From Octopus vulgaris (Eukaryota), in contig OX597816.1 in assembly GCA_951406725.2 (NCBI GenBank), positions 140,058,001 to 140,122,000 of the forward strand: a stretch of DNA of 64,000 bases. Direction: 5' to 3'. The position numbers and the translations under genes are program-made. The notes under the pieces were generated by a model that worked only from the letters and a program-made list of their open reading frames with translations, ran no database searches and was not told the origin of the DNA. This document shows positions 12,723-24,134 of this stretch, piece by piece; the stretch's first letter is position 1; each line of letters starts with the position of its first letter.

Positions 12723-13877
12723 TATTATAAAAGGCAGATTTTATCTGCCTCCCTTTGGGAGTTATACAAATCTACAATATAGGATTTCTTCAATTACAAT
12801 TTACCTAGCAGTTTTAAGAGTACAATGCATCGCGTCATGCCAGGTCCAGTTTTTAAAATTTAAACTCCAATCAAGCAAAATTTACAGAAAACTCACATTC
12901 TGGTGTGTGTGTCAAATGCTTTTCTTAGTCTGGTTTACACCACACGCAAACGCACACACACAGTGGGCAACGAATAAAATGAAAGTAAATGTAATATTTG
13001 TTTCTGTCTATCACGCTGATAGATACATGAGTAAAATGTATGGGAAGCTAACAGATAACAGTGAGTGAAAATGTTCTTGGAAGAGAGTAAATTAGCGACA
13101 GTGATTTGAGGAAGACTAAACTGAAACTATGAAACAGTGTTTATGTATAAACAGACGACACTTATATAAACCCTTTCGTTACCAAACCGCCCGAATTTAC
13201 CTATTCATATTTAAATGAGAATATCAGAGTAAATCTCTTTAGTACATTCGTGAAAACACGTATTATACTTCGTAAACACTTCAAATACAGTTTTGTACAA
13301 AAATCGAAGTGTAATTTTAATTCCGTGAATTATGGGAGATTTTTTTCCGAAATTTGTTCCTATTGTGTTTTCAAAATTTGTAATTCTGACAAAAAATGGA
13401 TACGAATTTCATTATATCAAGCAGCGAGTCAGAATTCGAAGGATTTTCTACTGAAGACCTTCATAAATCTAACTCTATGACTGAAAAAAAAAGCATCTTT
13501 ATATAAGAGTGAAGTTGTGTGTCTGTCCCCTTCGATTTACATTCGTAATTACTCCCACATTTTGCGGTGCAGTTTAACCAAAAGCGGGTATCTTATAGTC
13601 GTGATTCATATCGAGCCCTTCTGGGTATTAGCGCGCGTCTACGATGAGTCTACGATTTAAAAAAAATTTACCATCATATTTTTCCATTTTAATGCATTTT
13701 TTTCGCTTTTATATAAGGGAAGTAACTCTCTAAAAATATCTACGATGTGTCAACGATTTAAAAAAAATTTACCTTAATTTTTTTTCAATTTTTAATGCAT
13801 TTTTTTTGCTATAACTCTAAAAATGCTTATATAGTTATTTCCCTTACAACCCGAGCAACGCCGGGCGATACTGCTAG
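12720..13877 (+). mobile_element. Composite non-autonomous Helitron with an internal second 5' end at 13496
   Basis: 5' TCTTATTATAAAA with hairpin GGCAGAT-TTT-ATCTGCC; internal A|TCTTTATATAAGAG homologous to 15176; 3' hairpin CCCGAGCAACGCCGGG then CTAG (13874-13877). Confidence 0.85.
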
Positions 13878-14278
13878 TCTTATTATAAAAGGCAGATTTT
13901 ATCTGCCTCCCTTTGGGAGTTATACAAATCTACAATATAGGATTTCTTCAATTACAATTTACCTAGCATTTTTGAGAGTACAATGCATCGCGTCATGCCA
14001 GGTCCAGTTTTTAAAATTTAAACTCCAATTAAGCAAAATTTACAGAAAACTCACATTCTGGTGTGTGTGTCAAATGCTTTTCTTAGTCTGGTTTACACCA
14101 CACGCAAACGCACACACACAGTGGGCAACGAATAAAATGAAAGTAAATAGCGACAGAATGATTTGAGGAAGACTAAAGTGAAAGTATTCTGTCTATGACG
14201 CTGATAGACACATGAGTAAAATGTATGGGAAGCTAACAAATAAGAGTGAGTGAAAATGTTCTTGGAAGAGAGTAAATT
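13878..14278 (+). mobile_element. Second, 3'-truncated tandem copy of the 12720 Helitron
   Basis: 13878-14148 is nearly identical to 12720-12990 and starts at the base right after CTAG. Confidence 0.9.
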
Positions 14279-14532
14279 TGAAGCTTGAGAACAATCAGAT
14301 ACATTTGCAACACATCTGTTGAAAATATTATTATTCACACACATACATATACATATATACATACAGACAGACAGACAGATAGACACACACACACACACAC
14401 ACACATGATCCAGCATGGCCACAACCTCAAGGCTGAAACATATAAAAGAATAACAGAATATAAATGTGTGCATGTGTGTGAGAGAGAGAGAGTGTGTGTG
14501 TATATGTATGTATGTATGTATGTATATATATA

Positions 14533-15157
14533 TAATAATGCGGTTTTTTCAACAGCTTGAACTAAAAGTCAGAGGGGAATGGGATAAGCTACTTATATTA
14601 ACTTGCTATAAAAGCAGGTAGTAATTTTATCCTGTCCTTATTCATAGTGCAAGTTTTGAAGAGTGCATTTCGATTTTAACAGCTATTTTTTTCAAAGCTA
14701 TGTTGGAAGTAACAAAGGAGCATATTTGGCATATTTTGCTTTATGAGTTCAATAAAGACAACAACGCAACGGAAAGTACAAGAAATATTAATGCAGTATA
14801 TGGGGATTGGACAATAAGCGTAAGGCAGTGTCAATGGTGGTTCCAGAAATTCCGAGCCATAAACTACAGCCTAGAAGACGAGCCTCATCCTGAAAGATCT
14901 GTAGAACTCGACAAGGACATCCTGAAAGATCTGTAGAACTCGACAAGGACATCCTGAAAACCCTGGTGGAACAAAATCTCATCGTAACTGTTGAGGAACT
15001 AGCAGAGAAGCTTGGATTTGGTCATTCAACCATTCATTGAGACCTGTGTGCTATCGGAAAAGTCAGCAAATTGGGTCAATGGGTTCCTCACGAACTTTCC
15101 GAGTCTAATTGCATGCAGAGAGTGAATGTATGCTTTTCTTTGCTGTCACATCTCACC
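14533..15157 (+). mobile_element. Mariner transposon fragment (transposase N-terminus, pseudogenised)
   Basis: ORF 14700: HILLYEFNKDNNATESTRNINAVYG...WFQKFR...LEDEPH; downstream GKVSKLGQWVPHEL motif; 32-bp duplication frameshifts it. Confidence 0.9.
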
Positions 15158-15175
15158 ACTACTGCGCTATGTATA

Positions 15176-15810
15176 TCTATATATATAAAACTGTAGTTGT
15201 GTGAGTGTCTGTCCCCTTCGATTTAGATTCCTAACTACTCCCACATTTTGCGGTGCAGTTTAACCAAATTCGGGTAGCTTATAGTCGTGATTCATATCGA
15301 GCCCGTCTGAGTATTAGCGCGCGTCTACGATGAGTCTACGATTTTAAAAATAATTTAACATCATTTTTTATTCCATTTTAATGCATAATTTTTCGTGTGT
15401 CGATGGCGGCGGAGTTGGCGTCCACGCTCACACCTGCACCTGTGGGGAAGGGAGTGTAAGGAAATCAACGTCGTAATGCGTTGTCAAGGAGACCAGCGTT
15501 CTTTTAGAACAACGACTTCATGGCTTGAAGACACCAAAACAGAAATGGCTATGAAAGCGTCTACATGAGTCTACGATTTAAAAAAAAATTACCATCGTTT
15601 TTTTTTTCCATTTTAATGCATTTTTTCGCTATTATATAAGGGAAGTAACTCTCTAAAAATGTCTACGATGAGTCAACGATTTAAAAAAATTTACCATCAT
15701 ATTTTTTCCATTTTTAATGCATTTTTTGCTACTTTTTGGCTATAACTCTCTAAAAATGCTTATATAGTTATTTCCCTTACAAACCCGAGCAACGCCGGGC
15801 GATACTGCTA

Positions 15811-15811
<1 letters not shown>
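15176..15811 (+). mobile_element. Non-autonomous Helitron
   Basis: A|TCTATATATATAAAA ... CCCGAGCAACGCCGGG GATACTG CTAG|T; homologous to 13496-13877 with an extra internal segment. Confidence 0.9.
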
Positions 15812-15857
<46 letters not shown>

Positions 15858-15861
15858 AGTG

Positions 15862-15938
<77 letters not shown>

Positions 15939-15942
15939 GTAT

Positions 15943-17035
15943 ATGAAACCTTAGCGACTGAAGAAGGGGATTTTTCGTTGTGCTAATTGTCTTGTATCCC
16001 TTTTTTTTTGCTTGTCCTGTTCCTTGGTTTGTGTCTATGTTTTTCGTCTCTCTATGTGTTCGACGTCTTTTTGGTGTCCTGTACACATATATGCGTGTAT
16101 ATGTACATGTAGAGGTAGGTACGTACATATATGTTTATATATACGCATATGTTCTATTTTATTAACATATTATACGACTAAACGCACGCACCCTATTAAG
16201 TAAGATTGTTCTGTTTATCAAGTTAGCCTTGATATTAACTCTCACGCGACTCTGCATCTTTCTTTCTTTCTATCCCATTCCCTTTTTCGTCTTTTTCCCT
16301 CACTTAACTTGTCTCTTCCTCTCTCTCTCATTCTTCATTCTCTCTCTCCCCCTCACCATTCTTCATGGTCTCCTCGCACCATTCCCCTTCTTCTCTCTCT
16401 TCCTCTTGCTCCTCCTCCCCCATTCCCGTCGTCCATCTGCGACGATACTTCCGTCGTAACTGCTATCCTGTCTTTTCTCGCCCGCCTTCTAAGGTCACTG
16501 GTCGACATTCCTGCTCTCTCGTCGTCCACTATAATCCAGCGTTTGCAATACTTTTTTCGTCTGGCGTAAACAGCCCTTCTTATCTTGTTCTCCTTGTCCT
16601 GTCTCTCACTGTTATATATTTATTTTTCCACTGTTTATATATATTTTTTTACTGTTTATATGTTTGTACTGTCGTTACCGTCTTGCTTTTTTTTACCATT
16701 TTTTACCCCTCTGCGAAAAGATCTCAGAATTTTAATTGATTTGCTTTTCGCAGGAAGGAAGTTTCTTCGAAGATACGTCTCGCTTTTATCCTTCGAAACG
16801 TAGAGTAGATGAAACCTTAGCGACTGAAGAAGGGGATTTTTCGTTGTGCTAATTGTCGTGTATCCCTTTTTTTTTTTTTTTGCTTGTCCTGTTCCTTGGT
16901 TTGTGTCTATGTTTTTCGTCTCTCTATGTGTTCGACGTCTTTTTGGTGTCCTGTACACATATATGCGTGTATATGTACATGTAGAGGTAGGTACGTACAT
17001 ATATGTTTATATATACGCATATGTTCTATTTTATT

Positions 17036-17042
<7 letters not shown>
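15943..17042 (+). mobile_element. Small non-coding element with ~230-bp near-identical direct repeats (retrozyme / pseudo-LTR-like), flanked by (TA)n
   Basis: 15943-16170 matches 16809-17042 except for poly-T length and about one substitution; pyrimidine-rich interior without a credible ORF. Confidence 0.85.
16774..16837 (+). ncRNA. Non-circularly permuted hammerhead ribozyme motif
   Basis: TACGT-C-TCGCT (16774-16784), ATCCTTC-GAA-ACGTA (16788-16802), AGCGA-CTGAAGA-A-GGGGAT (16819-16837); triplet GUC; stems III and I are perfect 5-bp helices. Confidence 0.75.
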
Positions 17043-17086
<44 letters not shown>

Positions 17087-17955
17087 GTATGTATATATAT
17101 ATAATTATTTAAAGGTCACAATACATTTGTTAAAGTGCTACTTATAGTTTCATATGTTGAGAGAATTCAAACATACTCTTGAGGCGCAAGCCACATGTAA
17201 CGAACTTCACCTGAAGAATATTCGAGTTTTCTCAACATCTGAAACTATTAGTAGCGCATGTATTGTGTCCTTTAAATAATGTTTATCTCTCACCAGATAC
17301 AGTACTTTTTTTTTGTAGCCTTTGTAGCCTATTCCATTGTATATTACGGTATCTGGAGCGAGCCTTATTAGTGATTTTTTTTTTTCATTTATTATTTTCT
17401 CTAATTTTTTCAGTTCCTCATTGGACATTCTGATTCTGACTTGGTTGTAGCCTGAAAATTGCATGTGGTGTATGGAGTCCTGTGCATGTTTCTTTATTTC
17501 ACAGGGTTTGCATATGGAAAATATATCATTCATCATCCTAGCTAAATCTGCTATAAATATAGTTACCTTAACGTTGTGTGATATAGCTGAATACCTCGGG
17601 ACTAAGTGCGTAGAAGTCATGGGATTCGCATAATGAAAGAAGTGAACTTCGTTGTCTATATTCTGTGGCCAACGTTCAGTTCTGAGACGTGCTGATCACA
17701 GCTAGAATGGCTTTAATCATAAGAATAGTTCTGCTTTCATCATGTGTGAACAGAGCTACTCAGCAGAATAGATATCAAGGAGCGTGGTTACTACCCTGAC
17801 TGAAAATAATACCAAAATACCAGCATTAGAGGTCGATAGAATAAGTACCATGCTTACTTTAAAAAAAAAATAAGTATTAAGGTCGATTCATTCGACTATA
17901 AAATTCTTGAAGGTGATGCCCCTGCATGGCCGCAGTCTAATGACTGAAACAAGTT

Positions 17956-18029
<74 letters not shown>

Positions 18030-18262
18030 TACACCGAGCATCTACGCATATTTTACCTCTCAAGTTCACTCACAAGCTATTGGTCGAGTCGGAGAAGACA
18101 CTTACCTAAGAGCTACACAATGAGATTGAACCCGAAAGCCGATGGTTGCATCGCGAGCCTCTTAGCCACATCGCCATGCCCGCGCATAAAAAGTACAAAA
18201 TGAATAAAATACATAAATAAATCACACACACACACAAGTGTGTGTATGTGTGTATTTATATG

Positions 18263-18641
18263 AAGCTTGCTTCCCAACCACATAGTTCCGGTTTCAGTCC
18301 CACTGCGTGACACCTTGGCCAAGTACCTTTTACTATAGACTCGGGCCGACCAAAGCCTTATGAGTAGGTTTGGTAGACGGAATCTGAAAGAAGCCCGTCG
18401 TATATAGATATGTGTGTGTGTGTGTGTGTGTGTAGTTATGTGCCTGTCTGTGTTTGTCCCCGGTGCCATCTCGTAACAACCAGTGTTGGTGTGTTTATAT
18501 CTCCGTATCTTTAGCGGTTCGGCAAAAGTGACCGATAGAATAAGTACTAGGCTTTCAAAGAATAAGTTGTAGAGTCGATTTCTTCGACTAAAAACCCTTG
18601 GCTGCAGTCAAATGACTGAAACAAGTAAAAGAATAAAAGAA
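18263..18641 (+). mobile_element. SINE family A
   Basis: Same head, internal (TG)n and tail as 9072. Confidence 0.9.
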
Positions 18642-18877
18642 CATATATATGTAACGCCTTTTATCAGTGGGGCTGACCTGGGGTTAAACAACAATCAGTT
18701 TATATATATAACCTTTCACTCTTATAATTATGTGAACTGACTTGTCTACGAGGCGTGGAGAGCCCAATAATCTAATGTCTTCTCCCGAGTCCTTAATTTC
18801 AGCCTCTGTGATTGAGAAGGGTGAATATGTTGTGAGAGGAAAAAAGGATGAACGGGGAAACGGAAGAAAGAAAGAAG

Positions 18878-18920
<43 letters not shown>

Positions 18921-19319
18921 TGTGTGTTTGTGTGTGAAAGAGAGAGTGAGAGAGAGATGTGAAACAGAGAGAAGATGAGAAAATAAGGTGAGTTAAAAAG
19001 CACGGGAAAAAAAAAGAGGATGGATCAGAAAGGAAATAGAGAAGAGGAGAGAAGAGAGACGTGGATGACAAGATGAAGGAACAAGAACGATTACGATAAA
19101 AAGAAAGAGAAAGAATACAACTGCAGAGGGTGACAGAGAAAGAGTGAGACAAGGAGACAATAGAGAAAGGGTGAATCGACAGAGAGAGGGCGTATGAGTA
19201 AGACCCCCTAGGCCGCCTGTATTACTTGTGGTAAGTCTAACTTAGAGTACAAAGCATCGAAATGACATGGGGAAAGCAGTGGTGACGCAGAGTTGGGGAT
19301 AATTGCAGTGATGAATTGT

Positions 19320-20478
19320 ATTGGTTGTGGTGGTGGTAGTGGTGTGGCGTTGAGGTAGTGTCAGTAATGATATATGGGGATAGTGTTGTTAGTGGTCCTG
19401 GTGGTAGTATTGACGGTAGTGGTTCGGTGGTAGTGGCTGCGGTGGTAGTGGCTTGGGGGGGGCATAATGGTGGTTATGGTATTCGTGGCGGAGTTTGTTG
19501 AGACAGTAATGTATTCAATATGCAGCGATGGTGCTGATGGTAGCGGTGGAGGAGGAGGTGGTGGTGGTGGTGGTGGAGGTAGTGGTGGTGGTGCTGTTGG
19601 TAGTGGTGGTGGTGGCGGCGGCATTTTTGGTGATAGTGGTGATAACGATGACGATGACTACGATGGTGAAAATGACGAGGACGAGGACGATGATGATGAT
19701 GAGGAGGGGGAGGACAATGATGACGATGATGATGATGATGATGGTGACGATGACGACGGTGATGAAGATGATGACGGTGACGACGATGAGGACGTTGATG
19801 ATGATGATGAGGAGGAGGAGAAGGAGGAGAAGGAGGAGGAGGTGGACAATGATGACGATGATGCTGATGATGATGGTGACGATGACGACGGTGATGAAGA
19901 TGATGACGGTGACGACGACGAGGACGTTGATGATGATCATGATGACGACGACGACGACCACCACCACCACCACCACCGCGACGGCAACGATTATGATGAA
20001 CGATGTTGATCGTCGATGATTTAGTAACTTTGGTCTATTACGTAAGTAAAGGAGTTGGTGGTCGAATGGTGGTGACGGTGATGTGTCGGTAGCAGTTGTG
20101 GTTGTAGTGATGGTCTGATGTGGCGGTTCTGCCGAAGTGTAAAGGTAGCGATGTGGTTCAGTGAGACTCTAGTAACGGTAGTGGATAGGTAACAATTTTG
20201 TGTGTGTGTGTGTGAGTGAGTGTATGTGTGTGAGTGCGTGTGTGTGTGTGCACAGTGCAATGGTTCTGATATTAGTGAAGGTATTGTTGTAGTATGTAAG
20301 ATTATGATGTTACTAGGGAGGGGTGTTGTGGTGATGGTAATGGTGGTGGTGGTGGTTACAGCGGTGGTGGTGGTGATGGTGCCGTAATAAACGGAAGCAG
20401 ACTTGGTAGTTGGAATCTTATGATGGTATAGTCTTTAAGGTAACGTTGGCCTCGCTGTAATTGCGGAAGCAGCAACGA

Positions 20479-20556
<78 letters not shown>

Positions 20557-20633
20557 CAGCAGCAGCAGCACGAGTATTGGTGACCGCTCTGAAAGTGGTG
20601 GAGGTGGTAGTAGTGATGATGGTGGTGATAGCG

Positions 20634-20665
<32 letters not shown>

Positions 20666-20882
20666 GTGGTGGTGGTGGTGTTTGTGGTGGTTGTAGTAGT
20701 GTTTTTTTTTGTAGTGGTGGTGGTGCTGCTGCTGGTGATGTGGTGGTGATGATGATGATGATGATGATGGTGCTGGTGGTGTGGTGGTGATGATGATGAT
20801 GATGGTGCTGGTGGTGTGGTGGTGGTGGTGATGATGATGATGATGGTAGTGGTGGTGGTGGTGGTGGTAATGATGGCGGTGG
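19320..20882. repeat. Low-complexity trinucleotide region (GGT/GAT/GAC/GAG/TAG)
   Basis: Direct reading; includes a ~95-bp block repeated 132 bp apart (19713, 19845) and (TAG)n at 20480-20555. Confidence 0.95.
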
Positions 20883-20961
20883 TCTTCACACGACTCTTGT
20901 TAACCATCGTAAAACTTAGCTGATGGACAGCAGGACACACAGACATTCGTATAAATCTTAC

Positions 20962-21057
20962 CCTCAGGTACTCTGTGACAGCCACCCACAGACATCGCTT
21001 ATCTCTGACTGCTCGCCTCTGGCGCTGCACTCCATGGCTGCTGTTTACAGGGTTCTC
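20962..21057 (-). CDS. Candidate 96-bp internal exon of an unidentified host transcript
   Basis: Minus strand tgtgtttag|GAGAAC...CTGAGG|gtaaga; length divisible by 3; phase-0 frame open (ENPVNSSHGVQRQRRAVRDKRCLWVAVTEYLR); unique sequence island among microsatellites. Confidence 0.3.
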
Positions 21058-21180
21058 CTAAACACAATCGTACCCTTGGGAATGCAAATCCACACACGCA
21101 CACGCACACACACACACACACATACACGGACGGATATACAAACTAACACTCATATATACAGAATACTGCATACATAAATA

Positions 21181-21218
<38 letters not shown>

Positions 21219-22016
21219 GTAAACAAACACATACGTAGAGACACATAAAACTCAGAGACAGGTATACGCAACTATATTTAGATATACATGCATACATACA
21301 TACATACATACACACACACATACATACATACATACATCCATACATAAGGATACATACATGCATATATGTATATATATATACATACATACATCTATGTATA
21401 CAATATATGCATACACACGTACATATAAGTATGCATACATACATACATCAATACATACATATATGCCCACACATGCACTAGCCATACGCTAACCTCTACA
21501 CGCATATCCACATATAAACACGCACATATACACTCAACATCTATACATACATACTAGCATTTACACACTAATACATACAGGCCCACACGCACACACGCGC
21601 TTACACACATATACACACACAACGATGCACATTCATATAAATGCTGAGTGTCTAGGTGTGAGACAACATGCAGGTTTAATGAGTGCAGATTAGATTAATA
21701 AATTCAACAACAATAACAACGACAAAGGTGTTTTGCAGGATTTTTCAGTAATCGGAATGTAATTGAATTTTGTGTGTATGTGCGTATATAATACATACAC
21801 ATACACATACACACACACATACACACACACGCACATACGTATGTATGTATGTATGTATGTATGTATGTATGTATGTATGTATGTATGTATGTATGTATGT
21901 ACGTTTGTATGTATGTCTGTATTCATCTATGTATGTGTGTATGTACATACGCGAATTTGTCTGTGTAAGTATGTTAGTGCGAACACGCTATCTTAAAGGT
22001 AGCAATAGTGGATGAA

Positions 22017-22295
22017 AGCGAGCTGACAGAATCGTTAGTATGCCGGTCAAAATGCTTGGAAGCATATCGGCATTTCACCTGTCTTATTATTTAGCATTAA
22101 GTCGGCAAGCTGGTAGAATCGCTTAGCGGCATTTCTTCCGACGTTCCGTTCTGAGCTCAAATTCTGCCGGGATCGACTTTGCCTTACATCCTTTCGGACT
22201 CGACAAAATAGTTACCAGTTGAGCACTAGAGTCGATTAAATCGACTCAGCATCTCCCTCAAAATTGCTGGCCTTGTGCCAAAATTTGAAGTCGAT
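22017..22295 (+). mobile_element. SINE family B, two adjacent pieces
   Basis: GCGAGCTGACAGAATCGTTAG; TTCTGAGCTCAAATTCTGCC...TCGACTTTGCCTTACATCCTTTCGG...GCTGGCCTTGTGCCAAAATTTGAA. Confidence 0.85.
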
Positions 22296-22599
22296 ATTTG
22301 TCGTTAGCAAATTTCCACCACCGCTTTCCTGTCGCCATGCAATCATTTTGTTTTCCCCTTAATGGTATTTCAGTTCCAAAGGATTTCTGAAACTACTGCC
22401 CCTTCGCATTTGGAGTTGTTTTACCTGTTCTGGAAGCGAAAAGTATTTCAATAAAACAAAAATCTACCTTGTATGATATCTCATACACATTTGTTCGTTT
22501 CCCTCTGCCTTTCTTTTTCTCTTCCTTGCGCTCTTTTTGTACGTGTGCATGTGTGTGTGTGTATGTATATATATATATATATATATATATACATGCATA

Positions 22600-22917
22600 T
22601 ATTGGATGGAAGCGCCATCCAACCAAAATGCAAATATATGGGAAACTACCACCTGTGTCATCTCTTGTGAAAGGTAGGAAAGTCCAGTTTGCTGGACATT
22701 GTTGTAGAGCTGAAAAAGAAGTAATTTCTACTCTTCTCCTCTGGAAGCCATCTACTCGCAATACCAGAGGGCGCACACTCTCCTACCCTGATGTAATCTC
22801 CAGGGATACAGGCATCCAGCAACAGGGCCTCCGTAATGCCATGATGGACCGTGAAGTCTGGCGTAGCATGGTAAATTCCATTGTCTCGACCACGGTCGAA
22901 CAATGATGATGATGATG
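22600..22917 (+). mobile_element. RTE-clade LINE, 3' end (5'-truncated)
   Basis: WKRHPTKMQIYGKLPPVSSLVKGRKVQFAGHCCR...LLLWKP...AMMDREVWRSMV*, stop followed by a (TGA)n tail, typical of RTE C-termini. Confidence 0.85.
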
Positions 22918-23795
22918 CCCACAAATATGTGCACACTTGTATATATATATATGCATACATATAAAGATGGATAAAGATATATAAAATATCATACAACATA
23001 AATTCATGACTTATTGAAGTTTTTTATTGTTATTTTATTTATTTATTTATTTATTGCGAGAGAGAAGAAAAATAAAACACGGTTGGCAATTGTGGTCAAC
23101 TCCAAATTCGCAGCAGAGATAATCTAAAAACAAAATCTAAACAAAAGATTTTTCAAAATTTACCTGTCATTAAAGAAAGATAATTGGATTGTCAGGAGAC
23201 AATTAAACAACTCTGCGTGTTTCTACCTCAGTAGGCGTTATCAGTACAACAGCTGTCCTATATTGAATCCTGCAGACAAGTTGGCTGAGACATGTAAAAA
23301 GAGTATAAAATATGTGAAGAACATCTTGTTTGCACTATCCAAGATACTGAGCCTTTTCTTAATCATTCCACTCTCTTCAGTTGTGCATAATTTTCATCTA
23401 CTGCAGTTTCTATTGTATGGCTTATTCAATGATATTTTGCTTTATGCTGACATCCTGTACGTCTGTCACTGAGATTTCATGGGCTTTTCGTTTTGCTTGT
23501 TTTTTGTTTTTGTTGTGTTTTTACCCCTTAGATTTCAATAAATCTGTGACGGAGTTAAGCCTTTATTAACGTCACAGGGCGTATCTTTGTCCATCTGTTC
23601 GAAGCATTTATTCATCCGGAACTCAATTACTAATCTGAAATTTGTCGAAGTTATGATCAAAGTTTATGGAGAACAAATAAACTGAAAGAATGAATCAGAA
23701 ATATACCCATATCTTACGTATCCTTCTGCGATATCTAGCCAATTCAGCGACTATTCATCTCATCAGGTAGATAAGACAGAATCCCATGAAACAGT

Positions 23796-23881
<86 letters not shown>

Positions 23882-23928
23882 AGTATGTATGTATGCATGT
23901 ATGTATGTATGTATGTATGTATGTATGT

Positions 23929-24080
23929 TTTGCAAACAACTTGTACATACAAGTGCTACCAGTCGAAAGCTCCGCATACCGGAAGCCAGCAAGTGTATGG
24001 GGTCATCAGGAGAGAATGTGCGCCGTTTCGGGGCCTACCCCTCGACCGCATCATTGAGCACCGGTTCCGCTCACTGAAAT
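23929..24080 (-). repeat. Repeat homologous to the left arm of the 34385-34620 foldback; contains a partial permuted-hammerhead motif
   Basis: TTGCAAACA...CAAGTGCT...GAAAGC.CCGCATA...GTCAT.AGGAGAGAAT.TGC.CCGTTTCGGGGCCT shared. Confidence 0.75.
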
Positions 24081-24134
24081 AAGGTCCTGCTTGGTAGATC
24101 AACTGATTATCAGATATAGCTCAATATTCTTCTA

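Noticed and set aside
17700-17780. CTGCTGA...GAAA on the minus strand
   Set aside because: Non-canonical core and no consistent stems.
19467-20019. 180-aa poly-Gly/Asp/His ORF and overlapping ORFs
   Set aside because: Trinucleotide low-complexity DNA open in several frames on both strands; no splice or homology evidence.
23701-23780. CTGATGA plus stem II on the minus strand
   Set aside because: No correctly placed GAAA, and stem I is out of register.
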